A stretch of 64,000 nt of DNA, from the NCBI GenBank assembly GCA_963801165.1, contig CAWDDT010000007.1, forward strand, positions 229,152 to 293,151. Direction: 5' to 3'. This DNA comes from an uncultured bacterium (GTDB taxonomy: Bacteria; Actinomycetota; Acidimicrobiia; Spongiisociales; UBA5794). Of the stretch, positions 47,244 to 56,260 are shown piece by piece. The stretch's first letter is position 1; the number at the start of each line of letters is the position of its first letter. Position numbers and translations under genes: made by a program. The notes under the pieces are model-generated. The model made no database searches and was not told the origin of the DNA. It was given only the letters and a program-made list of their open reading frames with translations.

Positions 47244-49801
47244 GGTGCCGTCACCTCGACCGCGAAGTCGGTCTCGCTGAAGATCGAGCCGCCGCTCTGG
47301 TAGTCGAGGTGCCAGGAGAACGCGGCGGTTGTTGTCCCGGCGGCAACCGCCGAATGGTGGAACACGATCGAGTAGGGATGGTCCTGCTGGAACAGGACGG
47401 GCGCGTCAGCGGGGAGCGTGGACGATTGCTGCACGCTGTCAATACCGAGAGCGTCGTTGACGAACCTGATGGTTTCCTCGGCGAGATTCGTCAGGTTCAC
47501 TGCGCTCCGGAGTACCGCGGTTGCTCTGCTGCCTGCGACCGCGGGGTCTGTGGTCTTCACCCTGAGCAGGTATGACGTGGTTACCGCCGGGTCGATGGTG
47601 GTCGTCAGTGTCGTCGTCGGTACCGAGCCCAGGGTACGGGCGAGCTCGGGTAAGGCAGAGTCGACCGAAGCCGTATCGAGACGGGGGGAGTAGGCAGCCG
47701 GGTCGCTCGTCTCGAGAAGGGTACGCACCCGCAGCAGGCGATCGCCGTCGTGGGCGAAGTCGGCCACCGCCGGCAACGTGGCCAGCGTGAAGAAACTGGT
47801 CGTAGTGCCGTCCGGCCCGACGAACGCTGACGGGGTGCCGGTGGTTGCTGTGGCGATCTGGAGCCGGAGTGTGGTGCCGGTCGGGGCGTCGCCCGCCAGG
47901 GAGACGAGCCCGTAGACCTCGTTGCCGGCGCCGACGTCGATGGTTGCGCTCTCCCAGGCGCCACTCGAGGCGTAGATGCCTTCGTCGCCGCCCGGGGTGA
48001 CGATGGGCTCGGGCCAGGTGTACTGCCTGCCCTGTTTCCAGCCCAGCAAACCGACCTGATCGTCGGTGGCGAGATCCTCGTAGTAGGCAGCGAACGGTAC
48101 GCCCTCGTCGGAGACGGCTACGGTTCCGCTCCCGGTAACGGCCAGATCTGCCGTGTCGACCCCCCAGGCAACGTCGGGTCCGCCGGCGCAGACGACCGGA
48201 CGGTTTGGTGCTCCCGGTGGCGTGATGGTGAGGGCGACATCTGCGGACCCGATGGTGGGGCAGGCAAAGGCCACGTACTGCGAGTCGGCGGGTATCCAGT
48301 ACGACGAGCTGAGCTCGAATGAAGGGAGAGCCAGGCTCGCGTCGTTGCCGTCGCCGTCGTCGAGCGCGATAACGCCAACCGGCAGATCAGCTGTGAGCCG
48401 CAGCGCGTCTCCGGCGCCCCCTCCCTGGGCCGTCCCCCCGCCCGTCGTTGTCGTTGTGCCTCGATCACCGATGGCGGCGGCAACCGCACCATCCGACGCC
48501 GTCGCGGTGAGCTGCGTGCCGTCGCTGTTGTAACCGACGGCAATGCTCGCCGATCGCACCTCATAGAAGTCCCCGGCCGTTGCCGGATACAGAGGGAAGG
48601 CGTCCCCTCCCGTGGCAGATCTGTGGGTGACCAGCACGGGTACGTCCGACTCGATGATGGCCGCGTTGTCGTCTGTGATGTCGTTTGTCGTGTGGGTGTA
48701 CGCGGTACCCGCGGCCACGGGGAATGTGGCGACGAGCGTCGCTCCGTCGTACAGGTCGACGGTGGCGTCACCAAAGGGGGCGAAGAACGAGAACGTCTGG
48801 GCGTCCCGGCTGATCGGGGTGACGAACGAGGTGCCGGCGAAAGAGACTGGGACGAGTGTGTCGGCGCCGTCTCCAACACCGGCTGCGGCCAGCGGGCCCA
48901 AGGCCGAGAGGGCCGATTGCTGCGTCACGTCGGCGGCGTCGAAGGTTGTCAACTCGCCGGCGGTGAGAGGCACGGCCGGCGCACCGTCCAGAGAGACCTC
49001 GTTGCCATCGGTGTAGGAGACGACGTTGATTGCAGCTCCGGGGGTCGTGAATACATCGCTGACCGCGTAGTAGAGGTCCTTGGGGGTGGTGTAGCTGAAC
49101 ACCGCCGCCTCGGTGTGGTTGGCCGGTGCGGTTGCCCCGCCGGGGGCGTAACCGAAGTAGACGCAAACGGTGCTCGTTGCTCCGGCGGCGATGTCGTCCA
49201 CCTGGATCCAGATCGTGTCCGGCTCGGTGTCGTCCACCCACGTTGGTAGCGACGTCGTCCCGTCGGTCCCGATGGCTCGCAGGTCCCCGTAGTCGGCCTG
49301 GAGAAATCCGTCGGTGACGAGGCTCGCCAGCGGGAAGGGCACCCGGACCGGGTATTCGGTCACTTCCGACGCACCGGCGGCGGTATGGTCGATCTCAAAG
49401 CAGCGGCGGTCCGTCCAATCGGTATCCCACCACGACACGGCCGGATCGGGTGCGGAGACCCCGGTGGGACCGATCCGATCGAGCGTGACCGAGCCGTCGA
49501 TCTCGGTGCCGTTGGTGTTCGTGTAGGTCCCTGCGTCGAAGTCGGCGGCATCGGTCCAGGTGTTCGTTGTGCCGCCCGCATAGTCGTAGAACAGAGCCAA
49601 TGTGGGCGAGACGCTGATACTGGCGCTAGAGAAGTTCTCGGTGATGACCGTTGCCCCGCCCAGCGTCGGCTGGATCGCAAACAGCGTGAAACACACCCCG
49701 AGCACAACGGCCCGGCGCACCACACCATGCTTCCTCCGCCCTCTTGCAGGTTTCATCCAACGCGTTCGATCGTTCCCGGAGCCCAATCCGGGAGGAATCA
49801 T
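47240..49801 (-). CDS. large secreted multidomain protein with DUF2341-like and IgGFc-binding-like regions, candidate adhesin
   Basis: Signal peptide, mature start ATVITENF. WWDTDWTDRR...DYGDLRAI...LPTWVD..IWIQV...CVYFG resembles DUF2341. IIESDVPVLV and LTADLPVGV resemble IgGFc-binding repeats. Start may be ATG 49756. Confidence 0.78.
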   Translation of the reverse strand: MIPPGLGSGNDRTRWMKPARGRRKHGVVRRAVVLGVCFTLFAIQPTLGGATVITENFSSASISVSPTLALFYDYAGGTTNTWTDAADFDAGTYTNTNGTEIDGSVTLDRIGPTGVSAPDPAVSWWDTDWTDRRCFEIDHTAAGASEVTEYPVRVPFPLASLVTDGFLQADYGDLRAIGTDGTTSLPTWVDDTEPDTIWIQVDDIAAGATSTVCVYFGYAPGGATAPANHTEAAVFSYTTPKDLYYAVSDVFTTPGAAINVVSYTDGNEVSLDGAPAVPLTAGELTTFDAADVTQQSALSALGPLAAAGVGDGADTLVPVSFAGTSFVTPISRDAQTFSFFAPFGDATVDLYDGATLVATFPVAAGTAYTHTTNDITDDNAAIIESDVPVLVTHRSATGGDAFPLYPATAGDFYEVRSASIAVGYNSDGTQLTATASDGAVAAAIGDRGTTTTTGGGTAQGGGAGDALRLTADLPVGVIALDDGDGNDASLALPSFELSSSYWIPADSQYVAFACPTIGSADVALTITPPGAPNRPVVCAGGPDVAWGVDTADLAVTGSGTVAVSDEGVPFAAYYEDLATDDQVGLLGWKQGRQYTWPEPIVTPGGDEGIYASSGAWESATIDVGAGNEVYGLVSLAGDAPTGTTLRLQIATATTGTPSAFVGPDGTTTSFFTLATLPAVADFAHDGDRLLRVRTLLETSDPAAYSPRLDTASVDSALPELARTLGSVPTTTLTTTIDPAVTTSYLLRVKTTDPAVAGSRATAVLRSAVNLTNLAEETIRFVNDALGIDSVQQSSTLPADAPVLFQQDHPYSIVFHHSAVAAGTTTAAFSWHLDYQSGGSIFSETDFAVEVTAP

Positions 49802-49990
49802 CAGACGTTAGTCCGATACCAGGGGTGCGGCACGGTGCCGGGACGGTGCTGGTTTGATTGCCGTCAAGGGCGCCGATCCCGATGCATCCAGCGCTGTGGA
49901 CCACGACGTCGAGCCTGAACTGGACTTACACAGCTCACTCCTGTGGGGCTCCGGTCGGGCCTCCCGTGTGTTGAGGTTATTCTCGGGCCC

Positions 49991-50281
49991 ATGCCCGCTG
50001 AGATTGATATCGCCAAAGTAGCCAAGCTGGCCAGGCTCGCCCTCTCCCAGGAGGAGCTGGACCTGTACGGCTCTCAACTCGAAGACATCCTGGAGCACGC
50101 CGAGCGTGTTGGTGCGCTCCCCACAGAGGGAGTCCCCCCAACGTCACACCCGCTCCCCATGACGAACGCGTTCCGTGCCGATGAGGTGCGGCCTTCGCTG
50201 GAGAGGGATGAGGTGCTGGAGCAGGCTCCCGCCCGTCAGGGCGAATATTTCCGCGTCCCCAAGATCCTGGGGGATACATGA
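49991..50281 (+). CDS. gatC: Asp-tRNA(Asn)/Glu-tRNA(Gln) amidotransferase subunit C
   Basis: VAKLARL, PTSHP, FRAD and FRVPKIL. Start ATG 49991. Confidence 0.93.
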   Translation: MPAEIDIAKVAKLARLALSQEELDLYGSQLEDILEHAERVGALPTEGVPPTSHPLPMTNAFRADEVRPSLERDEVLEQAPARQGEYFRVPKILGDT

Positions 50282-51760
50282 CCGACCTAGCCGACCTGTC
50301 GATAGCTGCGGCGGGGAGCGGCCTGCGCGGCGGTGAGTTCACCGCTCGCGACCTGACCGATGCAGTCCTGACCCGCGCCGCCATCACGGAGGCGCATCTT
50401 CATGCCTACCTGACCCTTGACCAGGAGGGAGCGCGGGCTGCCGCGGATGCGGCCGATGCCGATTTCAGCGCGGGCACTGATAGGGGGCCGCTCCAGGGCA
50501 TACCCATCGCGGTGAAGGACAACATGGTGACCCGCGGTATTGAGACGACGGCCGGTTCCAAGATCCTCGCCGGGTACGTGCCCCCCTACAACGCGACCGT
50601 GGTCGACAGGCTTCACGGGCAGGGAGTGGTCATTGTCGGAAAGACCAACCTCGACGAGTTCGCCATGGGGTCTTCGACCGAGAACTCAGCGTTCGGCCCG
50701 ACGAGGAACCCATGGAACACCGACAGGGTGCCCGGCGGCTCCTCAGGGGGTTCGGCTGCCGCCGTCGCCGTTGGCTCTGCCCTCGGGGCCCTCGGCAGCG
50801 ATACCGGCGGTTCGATCCGGCAACCCGCGTCGCTTTGCGGCCTGGTCGGGGTCAAGCCGACATACGGGGTCGTCAGCAGATACGGCCTGATCGCGTTCGC
50901 CTCGTCGCTGGACCAGATCGGTCCGTTCGCCAGGAACGTGCGCGACGCGGCGATGCTGCTAGAAGCGGTTGCCGGGTTCGATATCCACGATGCGACCAGC
51001 TACCGGGGCGACACTCCGGACATCTCTTCGCTGCTGGACGCCGGGGTCGAGGGCATGAAGATCGGCATCGTCTCCGAGCTAGCGGGGGACGGGATCGATC
51101 CCGAGGTTAATGCGGCTTGCCGGCACATGTACGACGCGTTGTCCGACGCCGGCGCCGACCTCCGGGAAGTGTCCCTCCCGGCCACCGAGTACGCCCTCTC
51201 CGCCTACTACTTGATCGCCCCCGCCGAGGCGTCTGCCAATCTGGCTCGCTTCGATGGCGTGCGCTACGGCTTACGTGTCGACGGGGAAACGACAGAGGAC
51301 ATGATGTCGAACACGCGCGCCGAAGGGTTCGGCCCTGAGGTCATCCGGCGCATCCTGCTGGGTACCTATGCCCTTTCAGCCGGGTATTACGAGGCCTTCT
51401 ATGGGCAGGCGCAGAGGGTGAGGACCTTGTTGCGCAACGAGTTCGCCGACGCGTATGCCGCGGGTGGATGTGCTCGTCAGCCCGACCAGCCCCACGACGG
51501 CCTTTGCGATCGGGGAGAAGACGTCCGACCCGCTCAGCATGTATTTCGCCGACGTGTGCACCATCGCCAGCAACCTCGGTGGAGATCCCTCTGGATCCAT
51601 CCCGATCGGGTTCGACGGGGACGGCATGCCGATCGGGTTCCAGATCATGGCGCCCGCCCTACACGAGGCGCAGCTCTTCCGGCTGGCGGCTGCCGTGGAG
51701 CGGCTCGCCGGCGTCGACGCCAGACCGGCGCTGGCAACCTCGGAGGTGAGACCCGCATGA
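50278..51760 (+). CDS. gatA: amidotransferase subunit A, with an apparent +1 frameshift near 51460
   Basis: GKTNLDEFAMGSSTENS, PGGSSGGS and GSDTGGSIRQP motifs. The C-terminus (RVDVLVSPTSPTTAF...GMPIGFQI) continues in the +1 frame, ending at 51760. Confidence 0.92.
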
Positions 51761-53208
51761 GTGACTGGGAAGCCGTCATCGGCATCGAGACGCATGTCGA
51801 GCTCCAGACCAAGTCGAAGATGTTCTGTGGCTGCGCCGTCAACTTCGGGGCACCCCCAAACACGACCGTCTGCCCGGTCTGTCTGGCGTTGCCGGGTGCG
51901 CTACCTGTTCCGAACGAGGAGGCCATCGAAGGCATCCTCCGCATCGGGGCAGCGCTCGGGTGCGATCTCGTCGAAGACTCGCTGTTTCACCGCAAGAACT
52001 ACTTCTACCCCGACCTCCCGAAGAACTACCAGATATCGCAGTACGACGTTCCGTTGTGTATCGACGGTCACCTCGAAATCGACGTCGATGGGGAGGAAGC
52101 GACAATCGGGATAACGAGGGTCCATATGGAGGAGGACACCGGGAAGAGCGTGCACGGCAGCGATACGGGCCGCATTCACGACGCCGACTTCTCGCTGCTG
52201 GACTTCAACCGTGCCGGGGTGCCACTTGTCGAGGTTGTCAGCGAGCCGGACATCCGCAGCCCCGAACAAGCCCGGGAATATGCCGCCGAGTTGCAAAGGG
52301 TTGTACGTACTCTCGGTGTGTCCGACGTCCGGCTCGAGGAGGGGAGTGTGCGGTTCGACGCCAACGTCTCGGTGCGCCCCGTCGGCAGGGAGGAGTTCGG
52401 CACGAGGACCGAGGTGAAGAACATGAACTCCTTGCGGTCCCTACAGCATGCCGTCGCCTATGAGATCCAAAGACAGGTTCGTGTCCTCGAAGCCGGGGGA
52501 GTGATCATCCAGGAGACGCGGCACTGGGACGAGGTGCAGGGGACCACTTCGGCCATGCGGTCCAAGGAGGAGTCGGAGGACTACCGCTACTTCCAGGAGC
52601 CTGATCTGGTCCCTCTCCACGTCGATGCGGCGTGGCGCCGGCGTGTCGTCGCCTCCCTTCCCGAGCTGCCGGCGGCGCACCGGAGACGGCTGGCGGCCGC
52701 AGGGCTCGATCGTCAGGCGGCAGAGACGCTGGTCGACGCCGCCGATCTCGCGGACATGTTCGATGCCGCCGTAGGTCTCGGCGCCGACGCGACGACCGTA
52801 GCCAACTGGTTGACGGGTGATGTGGTCGCTTACCTGCGTCGCAATGACGTGGCTTTGGAGGCGACCGCGATCGCTGCCGAGCATCTCCGTGATCTTGCGG
52901 CGATGCTCGCGAACGGGACGCTGTCGAGTACAGCCGCCAAGGACGTCCTCAACTACGTGCTCGACGGTGAGGGCAACCCGGCCGAGGTGGCGGCAGCTCA
53001 CGACCTGACGCAGATCTCGGATGAGGGAGCCCTGGAAGCCGAAGTAGACCGGGTGCTCGGCGACAACCCCGACGTACTCGAAAAGATACAGCAGGGCGAC
53101 ATGAAGCCAATCGGGTTCGTGGTCGGGCAGGTGATGCGCGCCACCCGGGGCAAGGCGGATCCCCAGATGGTCACGGATCTGATCCGGAGCAAAGCCGGGA
53201 TGAGCTGA
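51757..53208 (+). CDS. gatB: amidotransferase subunit B
   Basis: VIGIETHVEL, RKNYFYPDLPKNYQISQ, HMEEDTGK and DYRYFQEPDL. Own GGAGG RBS and ATG 51757. Confidence 0.96.
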   Translation: MSDWEAVIGIETHVELQTKSKMFCGCAVNFGAPPNTTVCPVCLALPGALPVPNEEAIEGILRIGAALGCDLVEDSLFHRKNYFYPDLPKNYQISQYDVPLCIDGHLEIDVDGEEATIGITRVHMEEDTGKSVHGSDTGRIHDADFSLLDFNRAGVPLVEVVSEPDIRSPEQAREYAAELQRVVRTLGVSDVRLEEGSVRFDANVSVRPVGREEFGTRTEVKNMNSLRSLQHAVAYEIQRQVRVLEAGGVIIQETRHWDEVQGTTSAMRSKEESEDYRYFQEPDLVPLHVDAAWRRRVVASLPELPAAHRRRLAAAGLDRQAAETLVDAADLADMFDAAVGLGADATTVANWLTGDVVAYLRRNDVALEATAIAAEHLRDLAAMLANGTLSSTAAKDVLNYVLDGEGNPAEVAAAHDLTQISDEGALEAEVDRVLGDNPDVLEKIQQGDMKPIGFVVGQVMRATRGKADPQMVTDLIRSKAGMS

Positions 53209-53212
53209 CCCC

Positions 53213-53662
53213 GTGGTCTCCCGCCGAGCGATTGCCTGCAGAGCAGAGCGTGTGATCGATGCCGATCCCAGCCGGGTATGGGCGCTGGTCGCCGATCCGG
53301 AGAGGCTGGCGGTGTGGGCCGGTGTTGTCACCGTGGGGTACATGGGCACCGAGCTGCCAAAGCCGGGTCAGCGTGTCTTTGTCAGATCACGCCACGGTTT
53401 TCTCCGTGGCCGTCAACGCCGTGTCGAAATCGAAGCCTGGCGGGCAGGCTCCGCTGTCTCTTGTGCCGTCGCCACCAGGTCGGTGCCGATCAAGTTCGAT
53501 TTGAAGATAGAGCCCGAGGTCGGCCCGGAGCGGATCACGACGAGGGTCCGGCTGCTTCACCATTCGGAGGTCCCGGCGTGGTGTGGGGCCGTTGCCTATT
53601 GGTGGATTTCCACGCGGCTGCGCCGGATGCTCGACCGAATCGAGCGGGCGGTGGCGGAGTGA
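53213..53662 (+). CDS. SRPBCC/START-like domain protein
   Basis: IDADPSRVWALVADPERLAVW N-terminus and C-terminal helix LDRIERAVAE. Confidence 0.7.
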   Translation: MVSRRAIACRAERVIDADPSRVWALVADPERLAVWAGVVTVGYMGTELPKPGQRVFVRSRHGFLRGRQRRVEIEAWRAGSAVSCAVATRSVPIKFDLKIEPEVGPERITTRVRLLHHSEVPAWCGAVAYWWISTRLRRMLDRIERAVAE

Positions 53663-54291
53663 ACGGCGTGGTGTTTGATTTTGATGGGGTACTCGCCGAC
53701 AGCGAGCCTCTAGCGTGGCGCGCCTGGGCCGAGGTGCTGGCTCCGTACGGTGTCGTGATAGACGACGCAGCGGTGGCCGCTTGCACCGGAGTGACGAGCA
53801 GGGACACTCATGCCTACTTCGCCGCAAGGGCGGAGATCCCCCGGTTCTCTGAGGTGTCGGGGGAGGTGGATGCACGCAGCCGCGCCGCGTTTCCGAAAGA
53901 ACTGGGCAGCTTTCCGGATGCGGTCGAGGCGGTGAGGCAACTCTCTATGGTCGGCATTCCGCTCGCAGTCGCATCGTCGAGCTCGAGGGCCAACCTCGAT
54001 CTGAAGCTGGACGTGCTCGATCTGAGTCGCTATTTCGAGGTGACCGTCGCCGGTGACGAGGTGGCGAGAGGCAAGCCGGCCCCTGATCTGTACCGCGTGG
54101 CTGTGCAGCGCCTTGGTATCGATCCGGGAACGTCGATCGCAGTCGAGGATACGGCGATCGGCGCCGACGCAGCTGCAGCCGCCGGGTTGCGCACCGTGAT
54201 CGTCAACCGGAGCAACCTCCCGACTGGATCACACCCGGTTGTGTCCGAGGTGGACGGCGATCTGTTGCTGCTGTGGTTGGGCCGTCAGTGA
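53659..54291 (+). CDS. HAD family phosphatase
   Basis: FDFDGVLADSE, ASSS, GKPAPDLY and VEDT..G. GTG start 53659. Confidence 0.9.
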   Translation: MNGVVFDFDGVLADSEPLAWRAWAEVLAPYGVVIDDAAVAACTGVTSRDTHAYFAARAEIPRFSEVSGEVDARSRAAFPKELGSFPDAVEAVRQLSMVGIPLAVASSSSRANLDLKLDVLDLSRYFEVTVAGDEVARGKPAPDLYRVAVQRLGIDPGTSIAVEDTAIGADAAAAAGLRTVIVNRSNLPTGSHPVVSEVDGDLLLLWLGRQ

Positions 54292-54328
54292 CGGCACATT
54301 TCTCCGTTCCGGAGGTAACCTGCCAGCC

Positions 54329-54679
54329 ATGAGCATTCTGTACCTGGCCGTTCTTGCCCAGATCAAGATCGAGGATCTGCCTCCGGACGTGGTCAGCAAG
54401 CTGCCCCCTCAGGTCGTCGACCAGATCAGGAAGGGGCTGCTGGACAAGATCCCCAACGATGTGGTGTCCCAGCTTCCGGCGTCGCTCCAGGACAAGATCC
54501 CCTCGGGCTTGCTCGAAGCCGCTTCTTCCAACCCGACGTTCCAGAAGGTGCTTCTGGTGATCGGTGTCCTGGCCCTGATCGGTTTCGTCATCGGGCTCCT
54601 CAAGAGCGCGATCAAGTGGATGATTTTCAGCGCGATACTCGCCGTCGGAGCCTGGTACCTCTTCTTCAAGCAGGGGTAG
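54329..54679 (+). CDS. small membrane protein with [LI]P octapeptide repeats
   Basis: ATG 7 nt after TAACCT; repeats DLPPDVVS/KLPPQVVD/KIPNDVVS/QLPASLQD/KIPSGLLE; two C-terminal TM segments. Confidence 0.7.
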   Translation: MSILYLAVLAQIKIEDLPPDVVSKLPPQVVDQIRKGLLDKIPNDVVSQLPASLQDKIPSGLLEAASSNPTFQKVLLVIGVLALIGFVIGLLKSAIKWMIFSAILAVGAWYLFFKQG

Positions 54680-54923
54680 GCCCGGAGGATGTGGACCAGT
54701 TCCTCTGCCCTGCGCCCGGATCGAGGGGTTCTCGACACAGCAAACCCTCTATTGCGAGGGTAGGGGGTAAGAACCAACGGCGACCACCGTGCGTCCTTCC
54801 CCCCTCGGACGGCCCGGAGGGCCGCCCGATCCCCCGAAATGGGGGGATCGCTACCTGCTTTCTCGCAGCACCTGATCGGCGGTTCCGCCGATCCCGGGCA
54901 GGTGGGATTGGTACCGGCTCAGG

Positions 54924-55373
54924 TCAGAACACGAGGGTCGCCAGCCATCCCAGGGCTAGGGCGTAGAGACCGGCGACTACGTCGTCTGCGGTGATCCCGA
55001 GCGCGCCGGGGAGACGCTCCGCCTGGGGTACGCCGGGCATCACCTTGTAGATGTCACCCAGGCGCGCCGCGACCAGAGCAATCAGCCAGGGCCAACCGGT
55101 GAGACCGATCAATGCCACCAGCGTTCCGGCGACCTCGTCGATGACCACCCAGTTGGGGTCGGCGTGGCCAACGGCGAATGGAGCAGACGCCCACAGCGAG
55201 AGACCGATGGCGATGGCGGCCGCACCGAGATCGATCCAGCATGGTGCATTCCACAAGGCGAGACCGATCAGCGCCGCCACGGCGGCGCCGAATGTGCCGG
55301 CCCCGGTGTCCGCGTCCCAAAGCTTTGCGGGGATAAGGCCGGAGCCAAAACCGGTGGCGATGAACCTGCGCAT
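54924..55373 (-). CDS. pgpA: phosphatidylglycerophosphatase A
   Basis: ATGFGSG, GTFG, DP.WVVIDEVAG, R..DI.K and GITADDVVAG. Confidence 0.88.
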   Translation of the reverse strand: MRRFIATGFGSGLIPAKLWDADTGAGTFGAAVAALIGLALWNAPCWIDLGAAAIAIGLSLWASAPFAVGHADPNWVVIDEVAGTLVALIGLTGWPWLIALVAARLGDIYKVMPGVPQAERLPGALGITADDVVAGLYALALGWLATLVF

Positions 55374-55413
55374 GGAGTGAAGTTAGCCGGTTAGCCACGA
55401 GTTCCGGGTCTCC

Positions 55414-55457
55414 TACTTGCACCCGAGTACCCGGCCACGTATACTCGCCGCCGAATA
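55414..55457 (+). promoter_or_regulatory. sigma70 promoter with two overlapping PadR-type operator palindromes
   Basis: TTGCAC (55417-55422), 17 nt spacer, TATACT (55440-55445). TACTTG-N4-CGAGTA (55414-55429) and TACTCG-N4-CGAATA (55442-55457). Confidence 0.75.
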
Positions 55458-55472
55458 AGTGGAAGGTCGACC

Positions 55473-56114
55473 GTGGTAAAGAGACGCAAGGTAACGAATC
55501 TGTTGGCACTGATGGTGTTGACGACACTCGCCGAGAGACCGATGCATCCCTACGAGATGGGTCAGGTGTGGCGGGAGCGCGGCAAGGATCACAGCTGGGA
55601 TGTCAAGTGGGGGTCGTTGTACACGGTCGTCAACAACCTCGAGAAGCACGGATTGATCGAAGCCACCGGAACTGTTCGCCAGGGTCGCCGCCCCGAGCGC
55701 ACGGTGTACGCCATCACCCCCGAGGGGCTCGACGAGATGGAGGATTGGCTGGAGGAGCTGGTCAGCGTTCCCGAGCCGGAGTTTCCCCGGCTCGCCTCTG
55801 CCCTATCCATGCTCGGGGTTGTCGCGCCTACGGATGCGATCGAATTCCTCGAGCGCCGGCTGCAGCGTCTTCGCATGGCTACCACCGGTCGCCGGGCCGC
55901 CCTGGCCGAGTTGGCGCAGGACATTCCGCGTCTGTTCCTGGTCGAGGACGAGTACACCCTGGCGCTCGCCGAGGCCGAGGCGGAATGGGTTCGCGGGCTG
56001 CTCGAGGAGATGAAGGACGGGACCTTCCCAGGGATGAAGGAGTGGGAGTACTTCCACGAGACCGGGGAGGTACATCCATCGTTTACCCAAGGAGGCAATG
56101 ACTCGCAGCCATAG
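55473..56114 (+). CDS. PadR family transcriptional regulator
   Basis: ERPMHPYEM, GSLY...LE..GLI and RTVYAITPEG winged HTH. Confidence 0.92.
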   Translation: MVKRRKVTNLLALMVLTTLAERPMHPYEMGQVWRERGKDHSWDVKWGSLYTVVNNLEKHGLIEATGTVRQGRRPERTVYAITPEGLDEMEDWLEELVSVPEPEFPRLASALSMLGVVAPTDAIEFLERRLQRLRMATTGRRAALAELAQDIPRLFLVEDEYTLALAEAEAEWVRGLLEEMKDGTFPGMKEWEYFHETGEVHPSFTQGGNDSQP

Positions 56115-56260
56115 TAAGCAGATCCCGGTGCCGTGCGGTAACACTGCACCGGGATCGTGAACCACGAACCGCATCGCCGGGGCGTCACGATCCGAGGCGC
56201 TACACCTAGAGGATAGAAGTCTGTCCCGGGGATGCGGTCACAACCCGAAAGGGGACTGAC

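Noticed and set aside
50278-53208. 976-aa GatA-GatB fusion
   Set aside because: The GatA C-terminus is present in another frame and gatB has its own RBS and start.
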